Shown: positions 51,405 to 61,513 of the stretch, in pieces
Layout: each line of letters starts with the position of its first letter
Position numbering within the stretch: position 1 is the first letter of the stretch
Assembly (NCBI GenBank): GCA_963695095.1
Contig: CAVOFT010000001.1
Location: 160,001 to 224,000, forward strand
Origin: an uncultured bacterium
Lineage (GTDB): Bacteria > Krumholzibacteriota > Krumholzibacteriia > JACNKJ01
Length of the DNA stretch: 64,000 nt
Direction of reading: 5' to 3'
Made by a program: the position numbers and the translations under genes
Notes under the pieces: model-generated
What the model was told of the DNA's origin: nothing
The model's database searches: none
What the model saw: only the letters and a program-made list of their open reading frames with translations

Positions 51405-53102
51405 ATGAGCATGGATCGGCAGCGCCCGCGGGTGCCGGCGCTCCTGCCGGTTGCCCTTGCCCTTGGTCTCACGCTCGCCGCCGCGCCCAGCGCGCGGGCC
51501 CTCTTCTTTCCGCCCGACTACCTGAGCGTGCCCGGCGAGCAGGTGCTCGCCATGGTCGCCGCGGATTTCGACGGCGAGGGTGGCCCCGACCTGGCGCTGG
51601 TCAGCTACCAGGGCGACAGCCTGACGGTGCTACTCAATAGCGGCACCGGCGCCTTCCGGCCGCCGCGCTCCTACTGGGCCGGCGACGGTCCCAGCGCGCT
51701 GGCCGCCGGCGACCTGAACGGCGACGGCCATCTCGACCTCGCCGTGGCGAGCTGGGACGATCGCCTGCGCCTCTTCCTCGGCCAGGGTGGCGGCCTCTTC
51801 GCCGCCGGCCCCGACTATCCCACCGGCGACAACCCCTGGAAGCTCGTCCTCGCCGACTTCAACGGCGACGGCCTCGCCGATCTCGCCTGCTCCTGCCTCG
51901 GCGGGGCGCCGGCCGTCTTCAACGTGTTCCTCAACCAGGGCGGCGGCGCCTTCGCGGTGATGCAGGTGCCCACGCTCTCCGGCCAGCGCGGCCTGGCCGC
52001 GGCCGACGTCGATGGCGACGGCGACCTCGACATCGCGCTTGCCGTCTACGCGACGGACCAGCTCGCCCTGCATCTCAACAGCGGGCAGGGGCAGTTCGGC
52101 CCCGCGCAGCCCATCGCCGTGGCCGACAAGCCCTACGACCTGGCCGCCAGCGACCTCAACGGCGACACGCGGCCCGACCTGCTGCTCATCCACAAGGACG
52201 CGCAGCGGCAGATCTGGGCGCTGCCCGGCCTCGGCGGCGGCCTCTTCGGCGCGCCGATGGTCTGGAGCGCCGACCGCGACATGGACCAGCTCCTGCTCGC
52301 CGACCTCAACGCCGACCGCCGTCAGGATCTGCTCGTCACCTGCTCGGGCGCGGGCAGCGTGGGCGTGCTCCTGCAGCCGGCGGACGGCGCCTGGCAGCCG
52401 CCCTTCTTCGAGAGCGCCGGCCCTGGCGCCTACGCCCCGGCCGCCGCGGATTTCGACGGCGACGGCGACCTGGACCTCGCCGTCTCCAGCTACTGGACCA
52501 ACCAGCTCGCCCACCTGGACAACGGCACCTTCGCCACGCCGGTGGCGATTTCCAGCTTCAGCGCCGAGCCGGGCCCGGCGCGCGTGACCCTGCGCTGGCA
52601 GGTGGCCAGCGGCGAAGCGCCGGCCTTCCGCGTTGAAGTGAATCCTGAAGGAGGCGGCCTCGCGCGCAGCCTCGAGGGCGAGGCGCTCACGGACGGCGCC
52701 TGGCGCGCCGTCGATGCGAGCCCGGCGCTCCTGGCCGGCGGGCGCTTCGTCTATCGCCTCTTCGGCCGCGACCCCGGCGAGGACTGGCGCGAGCTGCGCA
52801 GCCTCTCGGTCGCGCTGCCGGCAGCGCTCTCCACGCTGCAGGCGCCCTGGCCCAACCCGGCCTCGCCCGAAGCGCGGGTGTCCTTTCTGCTCACGGCGCC
52901 CGCGCGGGCCAGCCTCAGCATCTGCGATCCGCTGGGCCGCAGCCTGCGCGCGCTTGCGGAAGGGCCGCGCCCCGCGGGGCCGCAGGAGTTCGTCTGGGAT
53001 GGCCGCGACGACGCAGGGCGGCTACTCCCCAGCGGGGTCTATCTCGCCGTGCTGAAGACGGCCGGCTTCACGCAGAGCCGGCGGATCGTGCTGATCCGCT
53101 AG
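51405..53102 (+). CDS. Secreted 7-bladed FG-GAP/VCBS propeller + Ig domain + CTD
   Basis: Seven D-[FLV]-[DN]-G-D-G-x-x-D-L-type repeats, TPVAISSFSAE Ig domain, PWPNP...WDGRDDAG...SGVYL. Confidence 0.88.
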   Translation: MSMDRQRPRVPALLPVALALGLTLAAAPSARALFFPPDYLSVPGEQVLAMVAADFDGEGGPDLALVSYQGDSLTVLLNSGTGAFRPPRSYWAGDGPSALAAGDLNGDGHLDLAVASWDDRLRLFLGQGGGLFAAGPDYPTGDNPWKLVLADFNGDGLADLACSCLGGAPAVFNVFLNQGGGAFAVMQVPTLSGQRGLAAADVDGDGDLDIALAVYATDQLALHLNSGQGQFGPAQPIAVADKPYDLAASDLNGDTRPDLLLIHKDAQRQIWALPGLGGGLFGAPMVWSADRDMDQLLLADLNADRRQDLLVTCSGAGSVGVLLQPADGAWQPPFFESAGPGAYAPAAADFDGDGDLDLAVSSYWTNQLAHLDNGTFATPVAISSFSAEPGPARVTLRWQVASGEAPAFRVEVNPEGGGLARSLEGEALTDGAWRAVDASPALLAGGRFVYRLFGRDPGEDWRELRSLSVALPAALSTLQAPWPNPASPEARVSFLLTAPARASLSICDPLGRSLRALAEGPRPAGPQEFVWDGRDDAGRLLPSGVYLAVLKTAGFTQSRRIVLIR

Positions 53103-54084
53103 TCGCCGCGATCGCCGCGGCCACGGCGGGCGCGGCCTTGAGGTCGCGCAGCCGGCAGCCGGGATGCGCCGCCGGCCACTCGCGGTAGATGAAGGCCGCG
53201 GCCTCGGCGCCCAGCGCGGGCACGCCGCGCCAGTCCAGCCATACCTCTCGGTACCGCTCGAGCCCTGCCATGAGCCGCTCTGCCTGCGAGCGGCCGGCGA
53301 GGCTTCTGGTCGCGCCGGGCAGCAACTCCACCGGCACGCGGGTGCGCGTGAAGTCCCCGCCCCCGGGGGCGCGGTGCTCGGCGCGCACCGCTTCCAGTTG
53401 CCGGCCGCCCACGAGAGACAGCGTGAGTTCAATTGAAGTCCCCGGCCGGGCCGGCGCCGCGCTCAGGGCCCAGCCCTCGCGAGCGGGCCGCCGTTCCAGG
53501 CGCAGCCCGTTGGCCGTGAGCGCGAAGGCGCCCGCTGCCCGAGCCGCCAGCAGCAGGCTGGCGCCGGCGCCGCCCTTGGCGAGTTCGAGCGGCGCCTGAT
53601 CCGGATCCTCCAAGGCCAGGTCATCGTGGACCTTGCGGAAGAGGCCACGGCCGTCGTCGCGCAGGAGCAGGTCCAGGCGCCCCCCCTGCCGGGCGAAGGC
53701 CAGCAGCAGGGCCTGGCCGCCCGAGTGCTGGACGGCGTTGGCCATGAGCGCAAGCGCGCAGTAGCGCAGGACCTCGAGGCTGGCGGCGGGCAGCGGCCCC
53801 AGACGGGGCGCGAGCAGGTCCCGCCAGACCTCCTCGGGGTCGGGCTTCATGGCCAGGGGCAGGTTGAGGCGCCGCTGCTGGAGCTGCCGCGGCGAGTAGC
53901 GCCGGCCCCGCGTGCGGCCGGAGGCCTCCAGCAGGCCCTCGGCCTCCAGCGCCCGCAGATGCGCATGCGCGCTCTGCCGGGTGATGCCGAAGCGCTCCTG
54001 CACCTGGCGGCTCAGCCCGGCCGGGTCCCGCTCGACCTGCTCGACGATGAACTGACGAATCAGCTCGCTACGCGCCCTCAGCAT
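53068..54084 (-). CDS. wHTH + HATPase-like + STAS-like DUF4325 protein
   Basis: FGITRQSAHAHLRAL...G.TRGRRY (wHTH), NAVQHS and DDGRG (GHKL-like), RSQAERL...VWLDWRGV...AFIYREW (DUF4325-like). Confidence 0.8.
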   Translation of the reverse strand: MLRARSELIRQFIVEQVERDPAGLSRQVQERFGITRQSAHAHLRALEAEGLLEASGRTRGRRYSPRQLQQRRLNLPLAMKPDPEEVWRDLLAPRLGPLPAASLEVLRYCALALMANAVQHSGGQALLLAFARQGGRLDLLLRDDGRGLFRKVHDDLALEDPDQAPLELAKGGAGASLLLAARAAGAFALTANGLRLERRPAREGWALSAAPARPGTSIELTLSLVGGRQLEAVRAEHRAPGGGDFTRTRVPVELLPGATRSLAGRSQAERLMAGLERYREVWLDWRGVPALGAEAAAFIYREWPAAHPGCRLRDLKAAPAVAAAIAATSGSARSAGSA

Positions 54085-54120
54085 GGACCCTTTGTAAGCT
54101 TGGCCGCCCAGACGGTCAAC

Positions 54121-56031
54121 TCAATTGTCAGTTATTCTAGGGAGCCGCTCTTCGACCGCGAAAAGGAAGCGAGGGTGGGCTTCGGACTCGCCTCCTATTG
54201 TCAGTTTATGGGCGCCGCGGGGCCAGTCGCGACCGGTTGTAGAGCCTGAATCCTGGATCAATGTCAGGATTCGACCCCCAGGCGGTGGCTCGATGATGAT
54301 CTCGGCGTTGAAGCCCCCCCGCGTCACCCAAACGGGCAGCTCCGTGCCGAGGCCCAGGGTGGCGGCCTCGGGGCCGACCAGTGCTCGGCAGGGCGAGCCG
54401 TCGGCCAGAGGCGCGGCGAGTCGGGCGGCGGCATTCCGAAGGGTGAAGCTCGGCTGCAGAGCCTGCCCGGCCAGAATCGCCAGGCCGAGCAGGGGCACGA
54501 GCCAGGGCAGGAGACGTCGCCCCCGCTCGAGGCCGAGCGCGGGCAGGATGCGGGCCCGGGCCATCGCCAGCCAGAGCAGGGCCAGCGTGGCCAGACCCCA
54601 GGGGATGGACCAGGCCCGGCCCGTCTCGGCCCAGAGCCGGGCGGCGTCGTAGCGGCCCATGGCTTCCAGCACCGCCGCCCAGAGCAGGAAGTCGAAGGCC
54701 TCCAGGCAGATGACGAGCCAGCCGATCAAGAGCCCCGCGACCAGGGCCATGGGCGCCCGCGTGGGTCGCCGGCCCAGCCAGAGCAGCCCGAGCCCCAGCG
54801 CGACCACGAAGAGCAGGGCCGCCAGGGCGCGCAGCCGCTCGTCGGGTACGGGCTCGCCCAGGGTGCTGCGAAGGCGTCCGTACCAGATGGCGAGCCGCCC
54901 GGGCAAGACGAGCGCGAGCACGAAGGCGGCGGCGAGCAGGCCGCCCAGGTCCAGCCGGCCGACGAAGCGGCGCGGCAGCGCCTCGCCCTCGGCCAGGGCC
55001 GCCCAGCCGCGGGCGCCGAGCAGGGCCAGCGCCGGCAGGAACACGAGGAAGCGCCGGTCGGCCGGGTTGCTGAAGAGGGCCTGGCAGAGCCCGCCCAGCA
55101 CCAGGAAGAGCAGGGCCTGGCTGGCCGGCCCCCGTGCCCGCCAGTTCAGGCCCAGCACCCAGGCCCCCACGCCCGCCAGCGCGAGCAGGGGCGCCACCTG
55201 GTAGAGGAAGGGCGTCGGGAAAGGGAAGTAGGCCAGGTTGGCGAGCAGGTCCATGGGCGTGGCGGGCAGGTTCTCGCTGCTGTAGAGCGCCTCGAGCACC
55301 GCCAGCTCGCCCGGGTAGCGCAGGCCGAAGCTGAGGCGCAGGAGCCCCCAGGCCACCAGCGCCGTGAAGGCGAAGTGCAGGGCCGTGCGCCAGCGGGCGC
55401 GCGGCGAGGCCGCGAGCAGGGCGCCGCCGCCGGCGGGGAAGACCAGCTCGGGTTCGGCCAGGCGGAAGGCGATCCAGGCCAGGGGCGGCAGGGCCACCAG
55501 CACGCTGAACTTGGCCGAGAGCGCGGCGCCGAAGCAGAGGCCGGCCACGGCGGGGCGCAGGAAGCCCGCGCGCCTCAGCCCTCCCAGCAGCCACCAGGCC
55601 GCCGTGACGCCGAGCGTGGCCAGGGCCTCGGGCATGGCCAGCCGGGCGTGGAAGATGAAGGGCAGCGCGCTGGCCAGGAGCAGGGGCGCGATGAGCGCGT
55701 CGCGCGGACGCTCGCGCCGCGCGATGAGGCCCACGAGCAGCAGGGTGAGCAGGGCAGCCAGCGCCGAGGGCGCCCGCGCCGCTTTCAGGGTGACGCCGCC
55801 GAGCGCGAAGGCCCCCCGCCAGGCCCAGCTCGCGGCCGGCACGGCCAGGCCCTGGTTGTACTCGTCCGTCACCCAGCGGCCGAAGAGCGTGCGGTCGCGG
55901 GCCTCGGCCGTCCACCAGCCCTCGTCGGTGATGAAGTCGCGCCAGACCATGCGCGGCGGGTCGGCGTCCAGGTGGAGCACGATGAAGAGGGCGGCAAGGG
56001 CGAGCAGCAGCCAGGCGAAGAAGCGGGCCAT
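54121..56031 (-). CDS. ArnT/PMT-like (GT-C) membrane glycosyltransferase
   Basis: DEGWW acidic motif after TM1, ARAPSAL, ARLAMPE, LSAKFS, many TM helices. Confidence 0.75.
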   Translation of the reverse strand: MARFFAWLLLALAALFIVLHLDADPPRMVWRDFITDEGWWTAEARDRTLFGRWVTDEYNQGLAVPAASWAWRGAFALGGVTLKAARAPSALAALLTLLLVGLIARRERPRDALIAPLLLASALPFIFHARLAMPEALATLGVTAAWWLLGGLRRAGFLRPAVAGLCFGAALSAKFSVLVALPPLAWIAFRLAEPELVFPAGGGALLAASPRARWRTALHFAFTALVAWGLLRLSFGLRYPGELAVLEALYSSENLPATPMDLLANLAYFPFPTPFLYQVAPLLALAGVGAWVLGLNWRARGPASQALLFLVLGGLCQALFSNPADRRFLVFLPALALLGARGWAALAEGEALPRRFVGRLDLGGLLAAAFVLALVLPGRLAIWYGRLRSTLGEPVPDERLRALAALLFVVALGLGLLWLGRRPTRAPMALVAGLLIGWLVICLEAFDFLLWAAVLEAMGRYDAARLWAETGRAWSIPWGLATLALLWLAMARARILPALGLERGRRLLPWLVPLLGLAILAGQALQPSFTLRNAAARLAAPLADGSPCRALVGPEAATLGLGTELPVWVTRGGFNAEIIIEPPPGGRILTLIQDSGSTTGRDWPRGAHKLTIGGESEAHPRFLFAVEERLPRITDN

Positions 56032-56150
56032 GTCTGGGTTGTAGGGGCCCGCGCCGCGCCCGGCAAGGAGGAAAAGCACCGGAAGCCGGCGCGGCAGATC
56101 TGCTACCCTGCGGCACTCCGTTTCATCTCCCCAGGCCAGGAGCGACGCCC

Positions 56151-57080
56151 ATGCCCGCACCCTTCACCGTGGCCGTGGTCCAGGCCGCGCCGGTCTTCCT
56201 CGATCTGCCCGCCAGCGTCGAGAAGGCCTGCACGCTCATCGCCGAGGCAGCGGCGGGCGGCGCGCGCCTCGTTCTGTTCCCCGAGGCCTTCCTACCCGGC
56301 TACCCGGACTGGGTGTGGGTGGCCCCGCCGGGCTCCCAGAAGCCCATCCACAACGCCATGAATCGCGCGCTGCGGGAGAACGCCGTTACCATTCCCGACG
56401 CCAACACCCGGCAGCTCTGCCAGGCGGCGCGCAAGGCGAAGGTGATGGTGGCCATGGGCCTGCACGAGCGCAACACGGAGGCCAGCGGCGCCAGTCTCTA
56501 CAACACGCTGCTGCTGATCGACGCGCGCGGCGAGATCATCGCGCGGCACCGCAAGCTGATGCCCACCGGCGGCGAGCGCCTGGTCTGGGCCCAGGGGGAC
56601 GGCAGCTCGCTGCGGGTGCACGACACGCCGCTCGGCCGGGTGGGTGGCCTGATCTGCTGGGAGAACTTCATGCCCCTGGCGCGGCAGGCCCTCTACAACC
56701 ATGGCGAGCAGATCCACCTGGCCCCCACCTGGGATTCCGGTGACGGCTGGCGGGGATCCATGCAGCACATCGCCCGCGAGGGCGGCATGTTCGTGCTGAG
56801 CTGCTGCATGGCCCTGCGCATGGACGAGCTCCCGGACAGCCTGCCCTTCAAGGCCCTCTACCCCGAGGGCAAGACCTGGGTGAACCGAGGCGGCAGCTGC
56901 ATCGTGGACCCCCTGGGCAGGATCATCGCGGGGCCACTCATGGAGGCGCAGGGCATCCTGACAGCAGAGCTCGACCTCGGCCTCATCGCCGAGTGGAAGT
57001 GGATGTTCGACGCCGCGGGCCACTATGCGCGGCCGGACGTGTTCCGCTTCAGCGTTCCCGCCACGGAGGACTCCGCCTGA
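56151..57080 (+). CDS. Nitrilase (carbon-nitrogen hydrolase family)
   Basis: Glu-Lys-Cys triad in FPEAF, HRKLMPT and LICWEN, plus DAAGHYARPDV. Confidence 0.93.
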   Translation: MPAPFTVAVVQAAPVFLDLPASVEKACTLIAEAAAGGARLVLFPEAFLPGYPDWVWVAPPGSQKPIHNAMNRALRENAVTIPDANTRQLCQAARKAKVMVAMGLHERNTEASGASLYNTLLLIDARGEIIARHRKLMPTGGERLVWAQGDGSSLRVHDTPLGRVGGLICWENFMPLARQALYNHGEQIHLAPTWDSGDGWRGSMQHIAREGGMFVLSCCMALRMDELPDSLPFKALYPEGKTWVNRGGSCIVDPLGRIIAGPLMEAQGILTAELDLGLIAEWKWMFDAAGHYARPDVFRFSVPATEDSA

Positions 57081-57256
57081 GCCCGGCACCGCCAGCTGGC
57101 GCCGGGCGCTGAATCGGAGCCAATCCGATATGGGGGAATGGCTTAGCGGCCCCCATCGCCCCCTTTCTAATCAGGATCAGCTATGCTAGTTTGTCCGGGC
57201 GCCCGCCCCCGGGGGCGGCTTTCCGCGGCGCGCCCACCCGAAACGAGAGGCTAGCG

Positions 57257-57976
57257 ATGAGTGGATTCAGCGACCAGCTCTGGTCCTCGGTCGGCAAGAA
57301 GCTGCTGACGGGGATCACGGGCTTCTTGCTCATTGGCTACATCGTTCTCCACTTGCTGGGGAACCTGACCCTGCTGATCGGGCCCCGGGCCTTCAACGCC
57401 TATGCGCACTTCCTCGAGGGCCTCGCCTTCGGCAAGTTCGTCTACGTCTTCGAAGTGGGCCTGCTCGCGATCCTCGCCGTGCACCTGGCGGCCACGGTGA
57501 CGGTGGCGGTCACCGACAAGACGAAGGCGCGGCCGGTGGCCTACGCCAAGCGCGAGGACGCGGGCTTCACCAGCCGCATGACGCTCTCCTCCAAGACGAT
57601 GATCTACACGGGCGTGCTGATTGCGCTGTTCATCATCTGGCACGTGAAGAGCTTCAAGTTCGGCGGCGCGCAGATGATCCCCGACGGCCACGGCGGCCAC
57701 GTCAAGGACCTCTACAGCGTGGTCGACGCCGCGTTCAGCCAGCCGCTGATCGTGGGCGTCTACGTGGCGATGATGATCCTGCTCGGCCTCCACCTGCGCC
57801 ACGGTTTCTGGAGCGCCTTCCAGAGCCTGGGCTGGGCGAAGAAGAGCACGCTGCCCATCCTCGAAACGCTGGCCGTGATCTTCGCCGTGGTGATGGCCTT
57901 CGGCTTCCTCATTATCCCCATCATCATGTACTTCGGCGGCGACGCCGGCGGCGGCATGCACGCGGGAGGTCGGTGA
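57257..57976 (+). CDS. sdhC: Succinate dehydrogenase/fumarate reductase cytochrome b subunit
   Basis: SVGKK...[27 protein letters not shown]. Five TM helices. Confidence 0.92.
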   Translation: MSGFSDQLWSSVGKKLLTGITGFLLIGYIVLHLLGNLTLLIGPRAFNAYAHFLEGLAFGKFVYVFEVGLLAILAVHLAATVTVAVTDKTKARPVAYAKREDAGFTSRMTLSSKTMIYTGVLIALFIIWHVKSFKFGGAQMIPDGHGGHVKDLYSVVDAAFSQPLIVGVYVAMMILLGLHLRHGFWSAFQSLGWAKKSTLPILETLAVIFAVVMAFGFLIIPIIMYFGGDAGGGMHAGGR

Positions 57977-59895
57977 TGAGCACGGTGCTGAACGCGAAGA
58001 TCCCGGCGGGGCCTCTGGCCGCGAAGTGGGAACGGCACAAGCAGGACAATCCGCTGGTGGCTCCGGCCAACCGGCGCAAGTACAGCGTGATCGTGGTGGG
58101 CACGGGCCTGGCCGGCGGCGGCGCGGCGGCGACGCTGGGCGAGCTGGGCTACAACGTGCTCAACTTCTGCATCCAGGACACGCCGCGCCGCGCGCACAGC
58201 GTGGCCGCCCAGGGCGGCATCAACGCCGCCAAGAACTACCAGGGCGACGGCGACAGCATCTACCGGCTCTTCTACGACACCATCAAGGGTGGCGACTACC
58301 GCTCGCGCGAGGCCAACGTCTACCGGCTGGCCGAACTCAGCACGGCGATCATCGACCAGTGCGTGGCCGCGGGCGTGCCCTTTGCGCGCGAGTACGGCGG
58401 CACGCTGGCCAACCGCAGCTTCGGCGGCGTGCAGGTGAGCCGCACCTTCTACGCGCGCGGGCAGACGGGCCAGCAGCTCCTGCTCGGCGTCTACAGCGCG
58501 CTGATGCGCCAGGTGGCGGCCGGCACGGTGAAGCTCATCCACCGCTACGAGATGGTGGACCTGGTCGTGGCGGGGGGCCGCGCGCGCGGGATCATCGCCC
58601 GCGACCTGGTGACCGGCGAGCTGAAGCGCTTCGCCGCCGATGCCGTGGTCGTGGCCACCGGCGGCTACTCGCCGGTCTACTACCTGAGCACGAACGCGGT
58701 GAACTGCAACGGCACGGCCATCTGGGTCTGCCACAAGCGGGGCGCGCTCTTCGCGAACCCCTGCTTCACGCAGATCCACCCGACGGCGATTCCCCAGGCC
58801 GGCGAGTACCAGAGCAAGCTCACCCTGATGAGCGAGAGCCTGCGCAACGACGGCCGCGTATGGGTGCCGCTCAAACCCGGCGACAAGCGCGCGCCGGGCG
58901 AAATTCCGGAGGCCGAGCGCGACTACTTCCTCGAGCGGCGCTACCCGGCCTTCGGCAACCTGGTGCCGCGGGACATCGCCAGCCGCGCGGCGAAGACGGC
59001 CTGCGACGCCGGCCAGGGCGTGGGCCCCAGCGGCTACGGCGTCTACCTCGACTTCGCCGATGCGATCAAGCGCCTCGGCCGCGACGTGGTGACCGACCGC
59101 TACGGCAACCTCTTCACGATGTACGAGGAGATCACGGCGGAAGACCCCTACCACGTGCCGATGCGCATCTACCCGGCCCCCCACTACACGATGGGCGGCC
59201 TCTGGGTGGACTACAACCTCGAGAGCACGATTCCCGGCCTCTTCGTGGGTGGCGAGGCCAACTTCAGCGACCACGGCGCCAACCGCCTGGGCGCGAGCGC
59301 GCTGATGCAGGGCCTGGCCGACGGCTACTTCGTCCTGCCGCGCACGGTGGCCAGCTTCCTGGCCGGCGTGAAGCCCGGCGAGGTGAAGGCCGAGAGCGAG
59401 GCTTTCGCGGCCGTCGAGGCCGAGACCGCCGCTCGCTTCGCCAGGCTGCTGGCGATCAAGGGCACACGGACGGTTCGCGACCTGCACACGAGCCTCGGCA
59501 AGGTGATGATGAAGGAGGTCGGCATGAGCCGGAACGCGGCGGGCCTGGAAGCCGCGATCAAGGAGATCGGCGCGCTGCGGGCGGCCTTCTGGAACGACCT
59601 GCGCGTGCCCGGCGAGGCGGCCGAGCTGAACAAGAACCTCGAGCAGGCCAATCGCCTGGCGGACTTCATCGAGCTGGGCGAGCTGATGGCCCGCGACGCC
59701 CTCATGCGCGAGGAGAGCTGCGGCGGCCACCTGCGCGACGAGCACGTCACGCCGGAGGGCGAGGCCAAGCGCGACGACGAGAACTACATGTTCGTCGCCG
59801 CCTGGCAGTGGCAGGGCGAGGGCAAGCCGCACACGATGATCAAGGAGTCGCTCGAGTACGAGGACATCGAGGTCAAGACCCGGAGCTACAAGTAG
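57976..59895 (+). CDS. sdhA: Succinate dehydrogenase/fumarate reductase flavoprotein
   Basis: [45 protein letters not shown]. Confidence 0.97.
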   Translation: MSTVLNAKIPAGPLAAKWERHKQDNPLVAPANRRKYSVIVVGTGLAGGGAAATLGELGYNVLNFCIQDTPRRAHSVAAQGGINAAKNYQGDGDSIYRLFYDTIKGGDYRSREANVYRLAELSTAIIDQCVAAGVPFAREYGGTLANRSFGGVQVSRTFYARGQTGQQLLLGVYSALMRQVAAGTVKLIHRYEMVDLVVAGGRARGIIARDLVTGELKRFAADAVVVATGGYSPVYYLSTNAVNCNGTAIWVCHKRGALFANPCFTQIHPTAIPQAGEYQSKLTLMSESLRNDGRVWVPLKPGDKRAPGEIPEAERDYFLERRYPAFGNLVPRDIASRAAKTACDAGQGVGPSGYGVYLDFADAIKRLGRDVVTDRYGNLFTMYEEITAEDPYHVPMRIYPAPHYTMGGLWVDYNLESTIPGLFVGGEANFSDHGANRLGASALMQGLADGYFVLPRTVASFLAGVKPGEVKAESEAFAAVEAETAARFARLLAIKGTRTVRDLHTSLGKVMMKEVGMSRNAAGLEAAIKEIGALRAAFWNDLRVPGEAAELNKNLEQANRLADFIELGELMARDALMREESCGGHLRDEHVTPEGEAKRDDENYMFVAAWQWQGEGKPHTMIKESLEYEDIEVKTRSYK

Positions 59896-59909
59896 GCGGA
59901 GGCGCACCG

Positions 59910-60668
59910 ATGAACGAGGCAAAGACGCTGCACCTGAAGATCTGGCGGCAGGCCGGCCCGAACTCCCGCGGGAGCCTGGTTGACTACACGCTCGCCGGCG
60001 TGCTGCCCGAGATGTCGCTCCTGGAGATGCTCGATCTGCTCAACGAGCAGATCATCGGCGAGGGCGGCCTGCCGATCGAGTTCGACAGCGACTGCCGCGA
60101 AGGCATCTGCGGCATGTGCGGCCTGGTGATCCAGGGCGTCGGCCACGGGCCGCGCGGGGCCACCACCACCTGCGAGCTGCGCATGCGCCACTTCGCCGAC
60201 GGCGAGACGGTGACCATCGAGCCCTTCCGCGCCCGCGGCTTTCCGATCATCCGCGACCTCATCGTGGACCGCAGCGCCTTCGATCGCATCATGGGCGCCG
60301 GCGGCTACACGAGCAGCAACGTGGGCTCGGCCCCCGACGGCAACGCGGTGCTGATCCCCAAGGCGGCGGCCGACAAGGCGATGGACGCCGCCACCTGCAT
60401 CGGCTGCGGGGCCTGCGTCGCCGCCTGCCCCAACGCCAGCGCCTCGCTCTTCGTGAGCGCGAAGATCGCCCAATTCGCCTACCTGCCGCAGGGCCAGGCC
60501 GAGCGCTCCCGGCGCGCGCTGGCGATGGTGAAGGCCATGGACGCCGAGGGCTTCGGCGACTGCTCCAACCACGGCGAGTGCGAGGCGGTCTGCCCCAAGC
60601 AGATCTCCATCGAGCACATCGCCGTGATGCGGCGGGAGTTCATCAAGGCGATGGTCAAGGGCGGCTAG
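59910..60668 (+). CDS. sdhB: Succinate dehydrogenase/fumarate reductase iron-sulfur subunit
   Basis: CREGICGMC, CIGCGACVAAC, CSNHGECEAVCP. Confidence 0.97.
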   Translation: MNEAKTLHLKIWRQAGPNSRGSLVDYTLAGVLPEMSLLEMLDLLNEQIIGEGGLPIEFDSDCREGICGMCGLVIQGVGHGPRGATTTCELRMRHFADGETVTIEPFRARGFPIIRDLIVDRSAFDRIMGAGGYTSSNVGSAPDGNAVLIPKAAADKAMDAATCIGCGACVAACPNASASLFVSAKIAQFAYLPQGQAERSRRALAMVKAMDAEGFGDCSNHGECEAVCPKQISIEHIAVMRREFIKAMVKGG

Positions 60669-60755
60669 GTCAATGCAAAGCGGCGAGCGCCCGAGAGCGC
60701 CCGCCGCCGCATCGATCCCGACGCCGGCCCGCTGTCGCGCGGGCCGGTCAGCCTT

Positions 60756-61280
60756 TTACATCTTGCTCTTCATCGTGCCCGGCGCGGCGGGCGCGGCCTG
60801 CGCCATCATGTCGGCCTGCTTCTGCGCGGCGGCAGCGTAGCTGTGCAGGGCCTTGACGCCGTCCGGAGTGCTAGCCGTAGCCACCGTCACGATGCCGAGC
60901 GGCGTGTTCACGTTCTCGAAGGACAGATCCTTGCGCCCCATCAGCTTCACGTGACCGGCGCAAAACGCGCAGAGCTTGTCCTTCTCCGCCTTGGGCATGC
61001 TCGCCACGCCGGCGGCGCGCTTCTCGCACTCGGCCGCGCACTTGTCGAAGGCGGGCTTCATGCTCTCGTTGGCGGTCGACAGCGTCTCGATGTAGCCGGT
61101 CTTCGTGTTCGAGATGCTGTAGCGAATCGTGGGACCGAGGGTCGGCTCCGCGCTCCAGGCGGAACAGACGGGGCAGTTCATCATCGACTCCATGGCCTGC
61201 TGCGGCGTCATGGCGTCCGGGCTGGCGACGGCAGCCATTGCGAGCACGAGCAGCGCGGCAGTTGCGAATAGACGCATCAT
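60756..61280 (-). CDS. Secreted Cys/Met-rich hypothetical protein
   Basis: SD GGAGG, signal peptide, CPVC, CAAEC, CAFCAGH. Confidence 0.75.
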   Translation of the reverse strand: MMRLFATAALLVLAMAAVASPDAMTPQQAMESMMNCPVCSAWSAEPTLGPTIRYSISNTKTGYIETLSTANESMKPAFDKCAAECEKRAAGVASMPKAEKDKLCAFCAGHVKLMGRKDLSFENVNTPLGIVTVATASTPDGVKALHSYAAAAQKQADMMAQAAPAAPGTMKSKM

Positions 61281-61513
61281 TGGTCGTGGCCTCCAGGTTC
61301 TCGTGAGCGAGTGGATCGGCGGCAACGAGATCCGCCGAGCGGCGAGGGGTCGCCGCGTGGGATTTCTCCATCTCAGTGCATTTTCGCACTGGCGTCAAGC
61401 GGGCAAGGGGCTCCGGTCCCGGCGATTTCATCGGACAGACGGCTCTCGAAGTGCTATCCTTATTGGGAATCCATTCTCGAAAACTATCTGGCTCTGTCCC
61501 GGGAGGCCGTCCC

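Noticed and set aside
57081..57256. Rex operator or structured RNA upstream of sdhCAB
   Set aside because: No TTGTGAA-N4-TTCACAA-like site was seen, and the short hairpins do not match any RNA family I can support.
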